Assembly (NCBI GenBank): GCA_036172245.1
Contig: JAYWIR010000012.1
Span: 3,906,001 to 3,970,000, forward strand
Origin: Raillietiella orientalis
Lineage: Eukaryota
DNA: 64,000 bases
Direction of reading: 5' to 3'
This document shows, piece by piece, positions 22,901-36,300 of this stretch (position 1 is its first letter; every line of letters starts with the position of its first letter). The translations under genes were made by a program, and so were the position numbers. The notes below the pieces were generated by a model. The model was given only the letters and a program-made list of their open reading frames with translations. It ran no database searches and was not told where the DNA came from.

Positions 22901-25749
22901 TGGCGGCTCTGTCGAGGCCCGGGACGGAGAAACCGCCGATGGGCAACTGGGGACGGCCGATTGCGGACTCCAGAAAAGCAGGGTCCTTGGCGCCAGCACT
23001 CAACGGGAAGGGAGCGGGGCAGACGTCCGAACGCGCGCGCCACGACAAGCGGTCCAGGCTCGCCTTCTCCTTCTCTTCCTCTTTTCCCTTTCCTCCTCCT
23101 TTTCCCCTTTCCTGCTTGCATAACGAGAAGATCCAAAGGTGCCTCAGGCCTTATTAGACCGCACGTAGTTGCTGACCACCACGCTTTTTCCGTTTCCTTC
23201 CAGCCGATTCTGCGACAGGTTTCCCTCCCCCCTTCCTACAGGGAAAGAGAGCTGGGAGCCCCCACGCACCTACACTCCAGACTTCCCCACGTTCCCGTAC
23301 AGCGTCCTCAACGCCAACGTCGCGGCATTGCGCTCCTTGCGTCGAGAGGGTGCATGCGCGCTCCGGCAAACGAACGTGTTGCCAGCTTCTCCACTCGCAG
23401 GCGCTCCTTCTCGGCAGCGCGCATGCGTGGCGGATGGGCGCGCTGGGTGGGTGGGGAGAGAGAGAGGGAGGCGGGGAGGGCCATGGAACCGGACGAAAGC
23501 AGTGAAGGAACGTCACGGGTCGTACTCAACACCCCGAGGCAAATAAAACGGGAGGAAGAAAGAGAAACATACATCAAACGAGTACGCGAAAGTGGTACAC
23601 AAAGGCAAACAGCCAGGAAGCAGATGACAACCGGGCGCAGGGAGAGCAGAAGAAGTGGAACGATGAGGACGGACGCGGGCGAAGACGGCGAGGCACGCGG
23701 AGGCGCATCGGAGCGGGCGGCACAGAGACGAAAGAAAGCGGCGGAAGGGGGAAAGAAAAAGGTGACCAGGCAGGGAGCAGCAGCGAGCGAAAGGGCCGGA
23801 GGCAGCAAGCGCCAATTTCTAAGCAGGCAGCCAATGAAGACGAAGGAGCCCGGACGAGGCGAACCCAGGCACGGAAGGTCCCCCTTCCCCTCCCTCACAC
23901 ACTGTTCCTCGGCCCTGCCGATGGAGGCGCCCATCGGGTCCGCGACGACGGCAAAGCCAGCTCATCTACCCCCCATCCCCTCCTCCCCTTTGGCAGCGGT
24001 AGATGCTGACCGGGTCTCCAAGGAGATCGGCAGCTTCCCTACACTGGAAGACCCGGACGGAGCACCTCTAGCGGTCGACGATGAAGCAGTCTGGGAAGAC
24101 AAAATGCCCTGGAAGGCGTGTGTCAAGCTTCACGAGCTCACAACATGTGGCAGAAGTCCACGTCATTCGAGACAGCACCCGGGGGGGGGGGGGAATCCTT
24201 CTGATATAACCGTTCAGCAATAGAGCGCGGTCTCTTTGCAGAAGAGGTGGACCCATGAGAGCCTCGTTGCCAAGTGACGAAGGCAGGCCAGAGGCCGCCG
24301 CTCGGAGATGTCGCAGGCGGGCTCTCCCACCCTACGGCGGAGACCGGAAGGACTCTACAGGGATCGCCGAGGGGGATCCGAGTGCAAACTGGGAGACGCG
24401 AAAGGTCTCTCGGGGAGACGGCAGGAGAGGACGGTCCTCGGCTCGCCCCACTGATCATGGCTACCTCCAGGAAACGCACAGGGAGGTGACTCCCTGGAGA
24501 GAGGCGGAGGCCACTCGGGATGCTCTTCGTCCTGCCAGAGTCAGCGGGAGCGCCCCTCGCACGAGGGCAAAGGGTGCTTCCGCGGTCTCGTTGCTGGCTG
24601 CCCGGGTGGCGCAGTAGGCGCCTGACGCCGGACGCACTCATATCCCACGAGGAAGACCTTAGCCTCTAGACTCTCTTCCTCTCCTCCCTCCCCGGAGGAC
24701 AGTCCCATCTCTCTCGTCTCTTGGAGTCCTTTCGCTCCGGGCCACCTTTCAGACAGCCTTCAGATCGCCTCCGCAGCCACCCATTCGCTCTCCTGTAGCA
24801 CCAAATCGGGGGAAGGGTAGTTGGTTTTCCCTCTTCCCCGTCTTACGGGCTTCTCAGGACCACAGCGAGAAGGAGAGGGAAAAAGATGAGGAAGGCGCCC
24901 ACAAGGGCATGTGCTGCTACCTTGAGGTGAATCGCCGAAGCCAGGGGGCAGAAGCGCTCCCTCGCGCAAGGGGCGGCGCTCGATGGCGGCAGAGTGGGGT
25001 GGACTTGGTCGAAGGCTCGGTGCGCCAACCGCGAAACGAATTGGCTGCCTTGGAGAGGAGGGAGGAAGGGTCGGGGGGAGACACGCAGAATCGACCTCCT
25101 CCTTCTTCCCCGGGTTTCCCGCGATGGCGGTGGGGCATTTTGAAGCGGCGAAGGGAGGAACGAGGGGTGGCCAGGTCGGCCTGCCTAACGACGTGTTGGC
25201 TGGCGATGCGGGGTGGACACGCTCCTTCGCGTCGTCCACCCTCCGCCGGACACGCCCCTTCCACACTCCCTTCCCTTTCCCGTCTTCCTACCCGTTTGCC
25301 GCGGCGGCGGCGGAGGAACGGCGATTGTCAGCCCTGATCAGGACGTCCCTTTTAGTGCCACACTCTCCGGAAAGGGGAGAGCGAAGGGGAAAACCAGAAG
25401 AGGTGGAAAGCAGGAGGAGGAAGGGGGGGAAGAAGAAGAGGAAGGAAGAGAGGTGGAAGAGGAGTCTTCCGCAAGACCCCTTCGATACGCGTATCCCATC
25501 CACCACTACACTACCACCCGAAATACATCAGGCTAGCGACGAGGGAGCACGGTTCCTCACTGAGCAGACTTTTCATTCGGGAGCTGACCCGCACTCCTAG
25601 CAGAGCTTTATTTTAAGGCCTCAACGCTGTGACGGCGACTACACGGGGGCAAGGACCGTTCGGCCCCAATACGTGGGTGCTCTCTGTTCCTCACTGAAGA
25701 CGCTTCCATGCCCAGGATGAACGTGTCGGAGGCAGGCGGCGGTCCTCAC

Positions 25750-25827
25750 CTGCCAGCTAGTCAGAAGCTGCTGATTCTCCGCCAGCTGGCAGCAACTCCC
25801 GGGTTTCTCGAGCAGGAATGCCATGAG
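25750..25827 (-). CDS. Candidate 78-nt exon (LMAFLLEKPGSCCQLAENQQLLTSWQ)
   Basis: CCCCTCCCCATTCTTAG| acceptor, CAG|GTGAG donor, open in phase 0-0. Confidence 0.35.
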
Positions 25828-26809
25828 CTAAGAATGGGGAGGGGGGGGCAGGGATGCAGGTGACGACAGGAGGAGTGGAGGGTAAGAGGATGAGCCAGCC
25901 GTTTCAATTCTTCCTGGAGGAAGCATTCATCCCTGAGGGCGGGAGACGAAGGGAGGAGAGGCTTCGAAGCTCGCAGCCACGGATGTTCGCTTCGCCCAGG
26001 AAGGTCGCCCTCCAGGGAGGAGGAGGATGGGCATAGTCTCTCGGAGCCAGGAGAAGGGAAGCATCCTTCTGGAATTTTGTCTCTTCCGAAACCCCAAGTC
26101 GACCGGTGACGCACAGAGGAGGGGGGCGAGGGGGGCGTAGAGAGGGGACCTGCATCCTCCGCCCGAGGTCATTCGACTGAAGGAGCGTTCGTCACAGCGT
26201 GTGGCGGTCCCGGGGCCCGGAAAACAGCTCAAGCGACGGGTCTCCGTCGTCGCCGGAAAGGCGGGAGGGCGGTTCCCATCCGCTCCGGCGGTTCGACGTG
26301 GATCCGCGTGGCGGGGAGGCCGCCGGAGCTCCCGCAGCGAGGCTACCCGCCAGGCGCTGCGCGAATACCGCCGTACGCTGCCCTCCCTTCCCCCTCCTCG
26401 CTTCCTGACGGTGGCGCCCGGTGAGGACGCCAGAATAGCGGATGCTGCCAACGGCCCTCCTCCGCTTCGGAGCTCTGCAGGACATGCGAGCGACCCTCGC
26501 GTGCGCGCCACGGGGACACCGCGACGGCGATCCACAGGGCAGGAAGGAAAAGACGAAGCAGCGGGCAAACCACCGGGTGGCTCCCGACTGCCCTGTCCTC
26601 CCCTTCCGAGCGCCGCCGGCTCTGAGCGTTATCCAGGAGCGAACCCCGGTCGACTGCGCGACTTTCCGCTCGTTTGCGCCGGTCGCCGCCAGAGCCCAGC
26701 ATGCACGGGAAAGCACGCGAACCACCATCGGGCTTAGCCTATGCAGGGGTGCCATAACCACAGTAAGGAGGCGCTGCGAGAAACGCATATAAACCGGAAA
26801 TGAATAAAT

Positions 26810-27790
26810 AGGCACGCGCATACGCATACGTACAAACGAACACCCGAAGGTACATACATACGTGCACACGTACGTACAAGCGAAGTTCACACATGAGTAC
26901 AAACGCGCTCACATTCGCATGAGTAGAGCATGCGTGCCTGCACTCAGGCGTGTGCACAAACGAACGTCCACACAATCGTTTAGACCAGGGGTGTCAAACT
27001 GGCGGCCCTCGATGTGATTTCGTGTGGCCTGCGAAGCTCTGAAGTAAAATGAAAAAACAGAAGAATATGTTACGAAGAAAATAGCAAGTAACTGTCATTG
27101 CCATGTCACATGCGTTATGATGCACTGATCAATCGTGGGAGACAAAGTCCAAAGGCAGCATCAAATATAACCCGAGTTTTTGTTCAGTTAACGGATTTTA
27201 ATGAAAGGCATTCGCGTTAGGATCGATCGGCGTGTCAAAGATTTGTGGGTTGTTCCTTTTACAACTTATTTAAAAAAAATGTAAGTAGTTGAGATTATTT
27301 TGATTTTTGAAATTTATATTAAACCCCTATTTTTTATATTTTAAGAAAATTTGTAAGTGTAATGTGGCCCGCGTGAATCTTACCAATGCATTAAATGGCC
27401 CACGGTTGAAATGAGTTTGGCATACCTGGCTTAGACGTATGCATGTGCGGGCACACATACGTACGTACCTACGCTCACACACGCGAACACAGATATCTGT
27501 ACACATACGGACACACGTACATAGGTAGGTACAAGCGTGTATACATACGATTACGCAAATGTGGATACGCGCAGGCGCGCACACATCCATACGTGCTTAG
27601 GGACACATACACGCATGCAAGATATGTATACTTATCCGCCTACATACATGTATACGCACTTGCATATTTCGTTTGTGCGTATGTGTTTTCATACATACTA
27701 GTCTGCACACGTACATGTACCTTCGCACAATGTAAGTGCGTGCATCCATGCATAGACACCACATAGGTGCAGACATTCGCACGCACTCAG
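26810..27790. repeat. Degenerate (CA)/(CATA)/(TACG)-type alternating purine-pyrimidine microsatellite, split by a MITE
   Basis: Runs such as TACATACATACGTGCACACGTACGTAC on both sides of 26986-27428. Confidence 0.8.
26986..27428. mobile_element. Non-autonomous hAT (Charlie-like) DNA transposon / MITE, 443 bp
   Basis: TIRs CAGGGGTGTCAAACT / AGTTTGGCATACCTG (12/15 match), 8-bp TSD GTTTAGAC (26978-26985) / GCTTAGAC (27429-27436), subterminal GGCCC motifs and an AT-rich interior. Confidence 0.9.
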
Positions 27791-28349
27791 TCCACGGAGG
27801 CACGCAGCTGCGTACGCATCATTAAGTGCAGCCACAAACGCCATCAGTGTCCATCAGTGCGGCCATGCGGTCGCCTCCCAGGTGGTCAACTTGACCTCGA
27901 AGTGGCCGCGCTTTGCTGCTTGTTGGTTCCTCTCCGTCGCAAGGCGTGTCGTCGCGAAGCTGCGGAGGATGCATCTCCTGGAGCGCGGCCCCCGCGGTCG
28001 GTCCCGCAGGGCACATCCTCCGCAGAGAACGCGCCACTGCAGCACACCCCCAGGGGGTTTCATCTGACTAATGGAGCGAGCAGATACCAGGCGTCTCCAC
28101 GCCGGACAGAGCGCGTCGCGATCCAGAAGCGAGGTGAAGAAAGGGCTCCACCCTCGCCGCCCTTCGCTCGGGGGAACGCTCTGACCCCCGCCTCGCGACG
28201 CCAGCGCCGTGCGGAGAGGTGTTTCGCCGCCATCTTCCGTTTCCCGCGTGAGGTCTCGCGATTCTTAAGATGGCCGCGGCGCTTCCCCGGCAACGAAATC
28301 CACTGTTCGATCTGACCGCTGCCTTGCGTGCCCTAACGCAACCCTGTTC

Positions 28350-30900
28350 GTTCTCGTGCGTTCTCGCGATGCCGCCAGATGGGAGTAGGAGCGCAATATC
28401 CCAACCCACCGTCCCGCATCGTAGCTACAGGTAAGCACCCTGCCTGCACGACCCAGAGGACAGCAGGCAGCGCACCGGAAGCGGTCCACGAAGTTTTCCG
28501 CGCCAGTTGCTTCCCTTCCTCTTTCCTCTCCTTCCCAAGGGCCATCCCCCGGTGCCACCTGCAAGAAGCGAACGGTAGAATTTCCGATCCTGCAGACCCG
28601 CGAGTGCGCCAAACCAAGAGTTACCGCGCCTACCAACCCGCCCACAAACAACCCCTATGGGGCTCCACGCCCAAAAACACGTCCGCTGGAGGCGTCCCGA
28701 AGGTCACGAGGGCTTTCATGCGGAAAGGAGGGATGGGTTGATGGGAACGGACGCCAAAAGCCAGCTCCCCACCCCAATCTCGAGATCAAGGGGGAGACGC
28801 TAGCAATCTCTTCCTGCATCTCCCGGACCGCAGCGCAACTCGGGTGGATGCGCCTGTTTCCGGCACGCGCCCTGACCCCGAAAGTGGGCAGGAGAGGCCG
28901 TTGAGATCCCTCTTCCTTCTGAAGGGAACGCCCGCCACACCGCGCCCATTCAGCGCCCCCCCCACGCCACTTCGGAAGTTGCAAGCGGAGTGGAAAAAGA
29001 TGACCTCCGACCTAGCAGCTTCCTGGAGGCGAGGTCTCCGAGTGATGGCACCCTATTTATGTCACAGGAAGACAGGAACGGAATCCCTTCCCCCTCTTAC
29101 CCGGCTCGAAGCCCCACAGCCAGAGTACATCCCCCCGCGTCATGTCAACTACCCGCTTTTTGCCCGCCCTCTTCCCCTTTCCCCTCATTTCTCTGGGCCT
29201 CACAGGCGGACTGGTGAGGAAGCTGCGAGCGGGATCGTCTCCGCCCTGCACTCACCAGGTATCGCGCTTCTTCCCAATGCGCCTGCTCAGATATGCACCC
29301 GGAGTCCAGGTGAGCTATCAGAATCCTTCCCTTCCTGGTACTCGGTTTCCCTGCGACGCCGGACGTGAGGTGAGCTCCGTTGAAGTGGCTCAAGCTGAGC
29401 AAGCGAGGACCTGCATGCGTCCCGATTGTAGAACTCACCACAGCACTACTCCGTCCAAGGTGATCGATCATCAGGTCGGACTTGAAAAAGTCAAGCAACA
29501 CCAGATGGGAGTGGAAGTAGGGCATCCCAACCTACCGCCCCGCATCGTAGGTTTCACCTACCAAGGAACTACTTGAAGTCGACCCCACTAAAACCACTCT
29601 TCCTTTCGCCACATCCGTCCAGCTAAATCACCTGGGATGCCATAGTAACACCAGCTGGGAACTATCTTTTACTTGGCACTGTTTCCTTCCTCTCCTCCAA
29701 CTTAACCAGGAGCTTAGAGAGCTGTCCGGGCGTACCGTGTTCCACACCCGTGGAGGAAGAGTCGTGAGGCGCCAACCTGGATCCCGCTGTTCTTGTTGTC
29801 TCGCTTCGGACGCGGCTTCCCACTCCTCAGAGGGACCCCGCCTTTCGCTCCTAAAGGAAAAGTGTGCGAGTCATCCATCAGCTTGGTAATACCCTTCTCC
29901 GCGGACGGAAAGAAGGTACGCTGACCATGGGGGAGCGGATGTCCACCCAGGAATGAGAATTTTCCAGCCAAACAGCCACCGACATGCCCCTTCCCTCTCC
30001 CCTCCCAAATAAAAAGAACTGTGCTTGGATGTTCCTTAAGAATTTTGCGACAGCGCTAAGAGCACACAGTCCCGTTTCGGTGATGATTGCTCCCTCCCTC
30101 TCCTACCCTTCCTTCCTCCTCCTCCTATTCTCTTCCTTCCTTATCACCCTTTCCCGTTCTCCACTTCCCTGTGTCTTCCTCTTCCCGCTCCGTTCCCACT
30201 TCCAGTCCTTCTTCCTTTTCCTTTCCTTCCTACTTCCTGGAAAGACAGAAGAGCGGGAAAACAGGGAGACCAACCAGTCTTTTCCGCGATTTGGCTCTCT
30301 GGGATGGGAGTCTATGGGTGCAAGAAAGATGGCACGGAGGGACCGCGCCTCAAGGGACGAGTCAGCTGTCGGCTTGGCATCTTTGAAATCAGGTTTCTGG
30401 GATGTCAAGTCTTTCAGAAAGGTGCTCTCCACTGGTGGCCAATGATGCGCGATCGTTCCGTATCCAACAGATCAGTCACCACTGTTTTTTTTCTTTTTAG
30501 CGGCCGAAAATGTCTGGGAACAGCACGGAAACGGCGGTTCTCTCATACCAGAGTCTTCCGGTCTTCCAAGGTGCTTCTTTCAATCATCCAGGCGGATAGC
30601 AGCGATGGGAACTTCCCTCCAAACCGCGCGGTCAACAGAGCCTCCATGAAACGACGCATACCGGAACTTCACGTCGCACCTCATCGCCTAATAACCTAGA
30701 AGGGTGGAGCTTGCCATAGAAAGCGCTCACCCCCAACTGAGTTCTTCTGCTTGCACCCGAAGGTTTCCTCTGAGGGTCTAGTCGCAGCAGCATCTCAGCT
30801 CCTCGTTGAGAGAGGATCTTCTCCATTCCTCCACGGGACCTATCTCACATGCCGGCCTCGAGGGTAGACCCTCCTTGGGTTACCATTGCCGGTGCACCTG
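28350..30900 (-). mobile_element. Decayed CR1/L2/Jockey-group LINE ORF2 (APE + RT)
   Basis: Degenerate motifs in the expected order: RLD..RTQLGVSAFY and CYPPG (APE), KPT..SLRAIF, LVLLDFFKSDLMIDH (RT motif 3), SGV/QGNRV (motif 4), QGGDD (motif 5), EIGV (motif 7-like). Many frameshifts. Confidence 0.6.
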
Positions 30901-31654
30901 AAACGCGGCATGCAAATGTCGCGACCATCCAAGATGACTATTCGAGGCAAGGGCGAACAACAGAGACGGACGCAAAATCCGCTCCTATGTGGGAACACCA
31001 GCAGCATGTCCCTACTATGAGAAGGGATTCTCCGTTTCATCGTCGGCGAGGTCTTACGAGGCAACAGCATCCCTTCAGAAGAGTGCCGCGAGAGCGGCAA
31101 CACAAAGCATACAGGTTCGTTTTGGCTTCTTCCGGGCAGCCTCAATGGCCCCTTCCTGGGTGAGATCCCCGGTGCCTTTGCTACTCAGGCGCCACCAGGC
31201 ACCTGAGCAGCTAAGGCACCAGAAAAATTCTTCCTCTCCTGGCGACCAGGACACAAACGACTGATCCTAAGTGTCTTGCACAAAGCTGTGGTCTATGCAG
31301 GACCCCATCTTTCACAGTCCTTTAGAGGACCCGAGATCCTGCTATAGTGCCGTCCCAGAACGGGAATAAAACACCTCTTTCCCTTCTGGAGACGAGCTCA
31401 GCATGCCACGAAGGAATAGCAGGCCTCTACTTATGAAACCCCCTTCTTCCTGCGAAGCCTCAACGGGAAACGCACCGGGAGTCGAAAGTATTGTCCTAAA
31501 GTCCGAGGGGAGTACACGGAAGCCATTAGCTTTGCAAGAATCCTCGAAGAGTTGCCGATGCCTCTCGAGACCACACGGGAAGCTGCAGCGAAAACAGAAC
31601 CACAATGAATGACGGAGATCCGCTTGGGATCTTCCAGTTATGCCACCCCCTTCT

Positions 31655-32250
31655 AGCTTTTTTTCCTTTTCACGAGTGCCGGAGAAAAGTCCTCTTTCTG
31701 GGGATTCACAAAGCTTTTCAGCAACGCCCACTGCACCCTGGGATGCGTGTCAACTCTTCTGCAAGACATGGTTTGACCCGGAAGGACCACCCTATGAATC
31801 CAGGAAGGTTCTGGAAGAAGGAATCCGTCCCCTTACCTCTTGGGAGGGAAACCCGAAGGGAACCTCCTTTGGTTCTCTCCGGAGGAACTCGCAAGGGAAC
31901 CACTCCTTGTTTCCTCCTCCTCTGGAGAGAACCGCGAAGGAATCCTTCTCAAGTTCTCTGGAGGGCGCTCTCCGAAGGCAGCAACGAGCTCCTTGACACT
32001 CCCGAAAGGCCACCTCCGAAGCTGGCTGCCCATTTCCGCATGTAGGCGGTTGATACCCGACTCCATGGGAACATCTCCCTTTTCCCAACTGGAAGGGAGG
32101 TCCGAAGAGAACCGACACCCTGATTCCTGGAAGGTCCAAAACTTCCGATGCTGGCCAGTCACCGGCAACACTGGGAGTTTCCAGGTTTCACCAGCGTCAC
32201 ACCCAAAACACAAGCAGCGTCATCCCACGAAAGGGAACTGGAAACCCAAC
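31655..32250 (-). mobile_element. SINE family S copy (head not recognised)
   Basis: Reverse complement matches the body and 3' block (GAAGAGTTGACACGCATCCCAGGGTG). The T-run at ~31658-31670 is the A-tail. Confidence 0.8.
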
Positions 32251-32279
32251 ACGATGTACCCTCTGTCGGCCTCCGAAAC

Positions 32280-32800
32280 CCACTAAATAGGGGATAGCAC
32301 TTCACCAGGAGAGATGGGAGGAGGGGTTCGATGATCGATGACGTTCTTTGGATGCGAAATTCTCCCCCGATTAGGCATCGGGATGACCTTCCATTCTCCC
32401 TCCCTCCCCTTTCTCGAGTTTCACTCCAGGGAGGACGAGCGGACGAGGGTGCGCCGCGCCCGTCATGAGCTGGTGTGGCATCCTCCAAACACTTTATAGG
32501 GACCGAATGGGGTAAGACATTCGATAAGGATCTCCTGAGCAAGCGTGGAGGGAACTCGTTTCTCAGAGTTCCTCGCCATCGATTCCGAGCGGTCTACTGC
32601 GCGCAAATTCATCCGGCTCCTGGGCGAGGAGGTGACCTTTCCTCCCTCTGCGAGGAATGGCTTGGCTCAGGGTCCTCAAGGAAGGACGCGAGGAGTCGCC
32701 CTCACCATCCGGCAAGTCTCAATGAACCCACCGCGTGATGCGTGCGCAGAACGGCTCTCGGCTCTCAGATCAGGGAAGGTGGTTCCTCCTTGACGCTCGG
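32280..32800 (-). mobile_element. Possible second L1/Tx1 ORF1 fragment
   Basis: PLGIDGEE, PSTLAQEILIECLTPFGPYKV and CLIGGEF resemble the RRM region of L1-clade ORF1. Weak. Confidence 0.3.
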
Positions 32801-34879
32801 TTGTACCGCCGGTTTCCGTGGCAGTAGAGCCGGCTGGAAAAGCCCACCAGGCTCCCAGCGTTAGCCTGTGGAAACGTGGAATCGTTCCAGTAATGGCAGC
32901 GCTGTCTACCTGGCTTTAAAAGACGCGTCGGAATCGCCAAAGTACCACCCGTCGCTTTCCGACCTTTTGACGAAGATCAAAGTGTAGTATACTGTGCATC
33001 GAAGAGATGCATGACCGGAGCCTCTTGCGCTTGCAATTCCTTGTCGGATGGCTTGGGAGGCGAGGAAAGGGGGAAGAGAGGATTTGGGTCAGCCAAGGAC
33101 TCCATCGTGGTGGGATGACTCGCTCTGCCGAGCCGCACTGGGTTGAACGAGCGGGGAAACAACGGAAAGACCGCAAGACGTGCGTTAGAAATCCTCAGGC
33201 ACGCCTAATTCCCTGTTCCTGACGACCTACATTTCCCCTCCCCCCTTAGCATTCGCCACCACCAAGGTCTCTCGAACTTCTTCGTTCTCCCTGAGAACGT
33301 TGTCAGCAGGACGTAGGTACACCTGAAGGAGCGCTTCGTTGATGGCGCGGAAGTCTCACCTTGTTCCCGCAGTTGACCGTGTCGGGGAATTTACTCCCCA
33401 AAAGTAGACAAGGCACCTGCTGTCTCCTCACTGTTGGAGGAGCCGGGAACCTGCGCAGTCTTGAAGAGGCTGCGTTGCCTGATGCGCGGCGGAGGGAGGG
33501 AAGACCGGAACTTCAAGGGAAGAAGGGATACGTGCGACGAGGCGGCTGTGCCCGACCTCAGCAAACCCGCAGGCCCGCCCGTTTTGTGGAAGTGAGCGCC
33601 TCTCCCGGTTTTCAGCAGCTCCTCATGCAGTTCGCTTTCCCGAGAGGCGCGCGAGGGCGCCTCCGTTTCCCCGTAGCTCGCCCTCGGTAGCGCTGGATAG
33701 CGATGGCGATTCGCCCGCGCGGCACACCCGCTCGACGGCGCACAGAATCCTTCTCGCTACGAGCAGCCAATGTCGACACGAGAGACGGGGCAAAGGCCAC
33801 GCCTCCTATAAAAGATGGCGGCGGTATCCGGAGTCCCCACTGCACCTTCTCAGGCGATGACGCCTACCAATGCACATCGGATGGACCGATGTCCCTTTAC
33901 GCTCCTAGGAGATATACCAGAAGTCGACTTGCTTGTCAAACGCGATTTAGGTTTGCTGGCGGCGGCGTGAACGGAACGCTCGTTTCTCGCCTGCAGACTC
34001 ATCTAGCGGTAGGTGGCTCAATCGTACGCAGTTAGCATTCCTTGGAATAGTGGGCACGCAAAGTATTCGTCTTCAAAGTCCCATGGCTCTCTATTCCGTC
34101 ATGTCGAGAAGGAAGCATTCGCCCAACCTCATTTCCCATGAAACTCGCATCCTTCGTCCTCAGAGAAGTCTTGCAGCATTAGCAACAGATAAATGCGTCG
34201 AGTGAGTCAACAAAAGTTCTTAGCAGAAGCTTTTCCCTACTGAAGTCGTGCTCTGTGATTCGATGAACCATTAGAGAGCATTTGCTCTCCTACCGACCCT
34301 CCTCGACTCATTTTTCTCGGGAAGGCAAAGGAGAATAGCGGAGTCTTAAGGCACCTCGTGAACGCATCCCCGTGTAAAGGGAAGAAGGAATTCCAAGCGA
34401 TCCCTTGTTCCCTACCTCCACAGGCTTACTCCAGCTTGCGGAGGACAGGCGGAGCAGAAAGAGGAGGTCAGGAAAAAGGTGGCAAGATGGAGTGAGGGTA
34501 GGGGACAAGGAGTAGAAAGGCGCACCCGAGCTCGGGAACTTTACGAAACGCCTGAGAATCACGACAGAGGCTCTGCAGCGCTACCTGAGAGAACCTGGCG
34601 CAGAGGCGATGGGGCGTTTACATGGATACCGAATGTGGCAGGAGAGAAGCGACTATGTGGTTGAGAGAGGTTCAGGGCAAGAAAGGGGAGGGGAGACCAA
34701 ACGCCAAAGCTTCCGAATGTGGTCCTCCACTCGGAGGGAACGGGGTTGTAGGGAAGAGGGAGATGATCCTTTGTCCTTTGCTGAGCTCAGAGCCTTCGCA
34801 AGACTCCTAACAGCCCACTCTTCCCCTTCTGCCGAAAGGAACCCCTCAGACACCGGAAGAAACCGGTGACCGATGGCAT

Positions 34880-36300
34880 GAAGATGCTGGTGCAAGTGGA
34901 TCACTCTCTCTGCTTGAACGTACAGAGTGCTTTAGTCACAACATGGTGATGCCGCCGGGGAAAGAAGAGTGATGCAAAGACCTGTCATACAGGGGTACTG
35001 TGGGATGTCACCCTTGTCGCAACACACAAATGGGAGTACGGACCAATCGTGGAACGGTGACCAGCGAAGATTTCAGGTGTCGTCGCAGTGTCCTGGTTGC
35101 AACAACAGGATCGCAGCCTTCTTGTAACTGAGGGGAACGAAAGAGGAAAAAGGGAGGGAGGGGGGTGAAAGTAGGGAGGAAAGCTATCGTGTGCGTCGCT
35201 GCATATCCCCACATTCCTGGATGGAGCAAATGATGTGTTGGCACATTCCCTTCCCTTGCGCCAACCTTCCTAACTTCCAACCTGCACTTCCGCCTTCCTC
35301 CCTACCTGCTACCCTGCTGTGGATTCAACTTTCCCAGGTGGGCATCACGTCACATCTTCCGCCGGTCCGCGCATCTTGTGATAGCTTCCGCCGGATGGTG
35401 AGGTGACCGTTGCGGGCTGCTGTTGCAGAGGCGCTACTGACCTACCTGATGGGCCACACCCAAGAGGACGGGCTGCTCGTGAACGACCAGCAAATGCTAG
35501 GACCTTCGGTCGTCCGTTGCCATGAGGAATGCGGCAACCGCGTTGCTGTGAGACCAAGGGGCGAGAGGGCCAGCCACAACCTAACGGAAAGGTGAGTGTT
35601 TGTGGTCCGGAATCAGTCCATAGCAAAGGGTCCTCAAGGCAAAAGGAGACTGCAGGAGGCTCTTACCCGATAAAAACTTCCTGGATCGAATCGGTCATGG
35701 ATAAGGGGAGGATTCAAGATGATTCTTACCTCCATCGGCGTCCAAATAGAAGCGCATGGCAGAGCACGCCAATATTAAAAAAGCACGTCCTCTGCACGGA
35801 AGGTCACATTTTCCTGGCTTGACGGCCAGGCACCGATTCCTTCCGTCACTCCAGCTGTCCCGAGACGAAGACAATAGCTGTGTCATCCTCACCAACTTTC
35901 TTTTCCGTCCAATGCATGGCCACGAGCAGTCCACCCCAGTTGCAGCACCGAGAAAAGCATCGGTCACGTGGGTCCAAGTGGCTGCTGGCGAGCGTTCATG
36001 CTCCCCAGTGCTGAGGAAGTAATTGGGAGGTACAGAGAGAGAAAACTCACCTTCATGGGAAGAAGGGATCGTAGGAGATCCTGGACCAGTTTTGCGGGAA
36101 GACATTTTCCTCTCCTCGGTCTACACGCCCTGCTCGACAGGCAAGAAAAACCTCGGAAACGAAGGGTATTTGCCCTCTACGCCTCGCGGAGGACACACGC
36201 GTTTAGGAGGAAGATTAAACCTGTTTCCAGATTGTTTCCTCGACGGAATTAGGCAGTCCCGAGATGAAATTCAGGGAGACCGGTGGCAACGTGCGAAACG
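34880..36300 (+). mobile_element. Decayed, internally deleted Ty3/gypsy pol fragment
   Basis: FSHNMVMPPGK..SYR (RT start-like), HIPG/ANDVLAHSL (RNase H end), WIESVMD, GFKMILTSI and FPSNAWPRAVH (integrase core-like), in gypsy order. Confidence 0.45.

Noticed and set aside
22883..24223. 446-aa ORF with a Kozak-like GCCATGG near 23480
   Set aside because: Low-complexity R/G/E-rich translation in CpG-rich DNA with long ORFs on both strands and no recognisable domain. It cannot be supported as coding.
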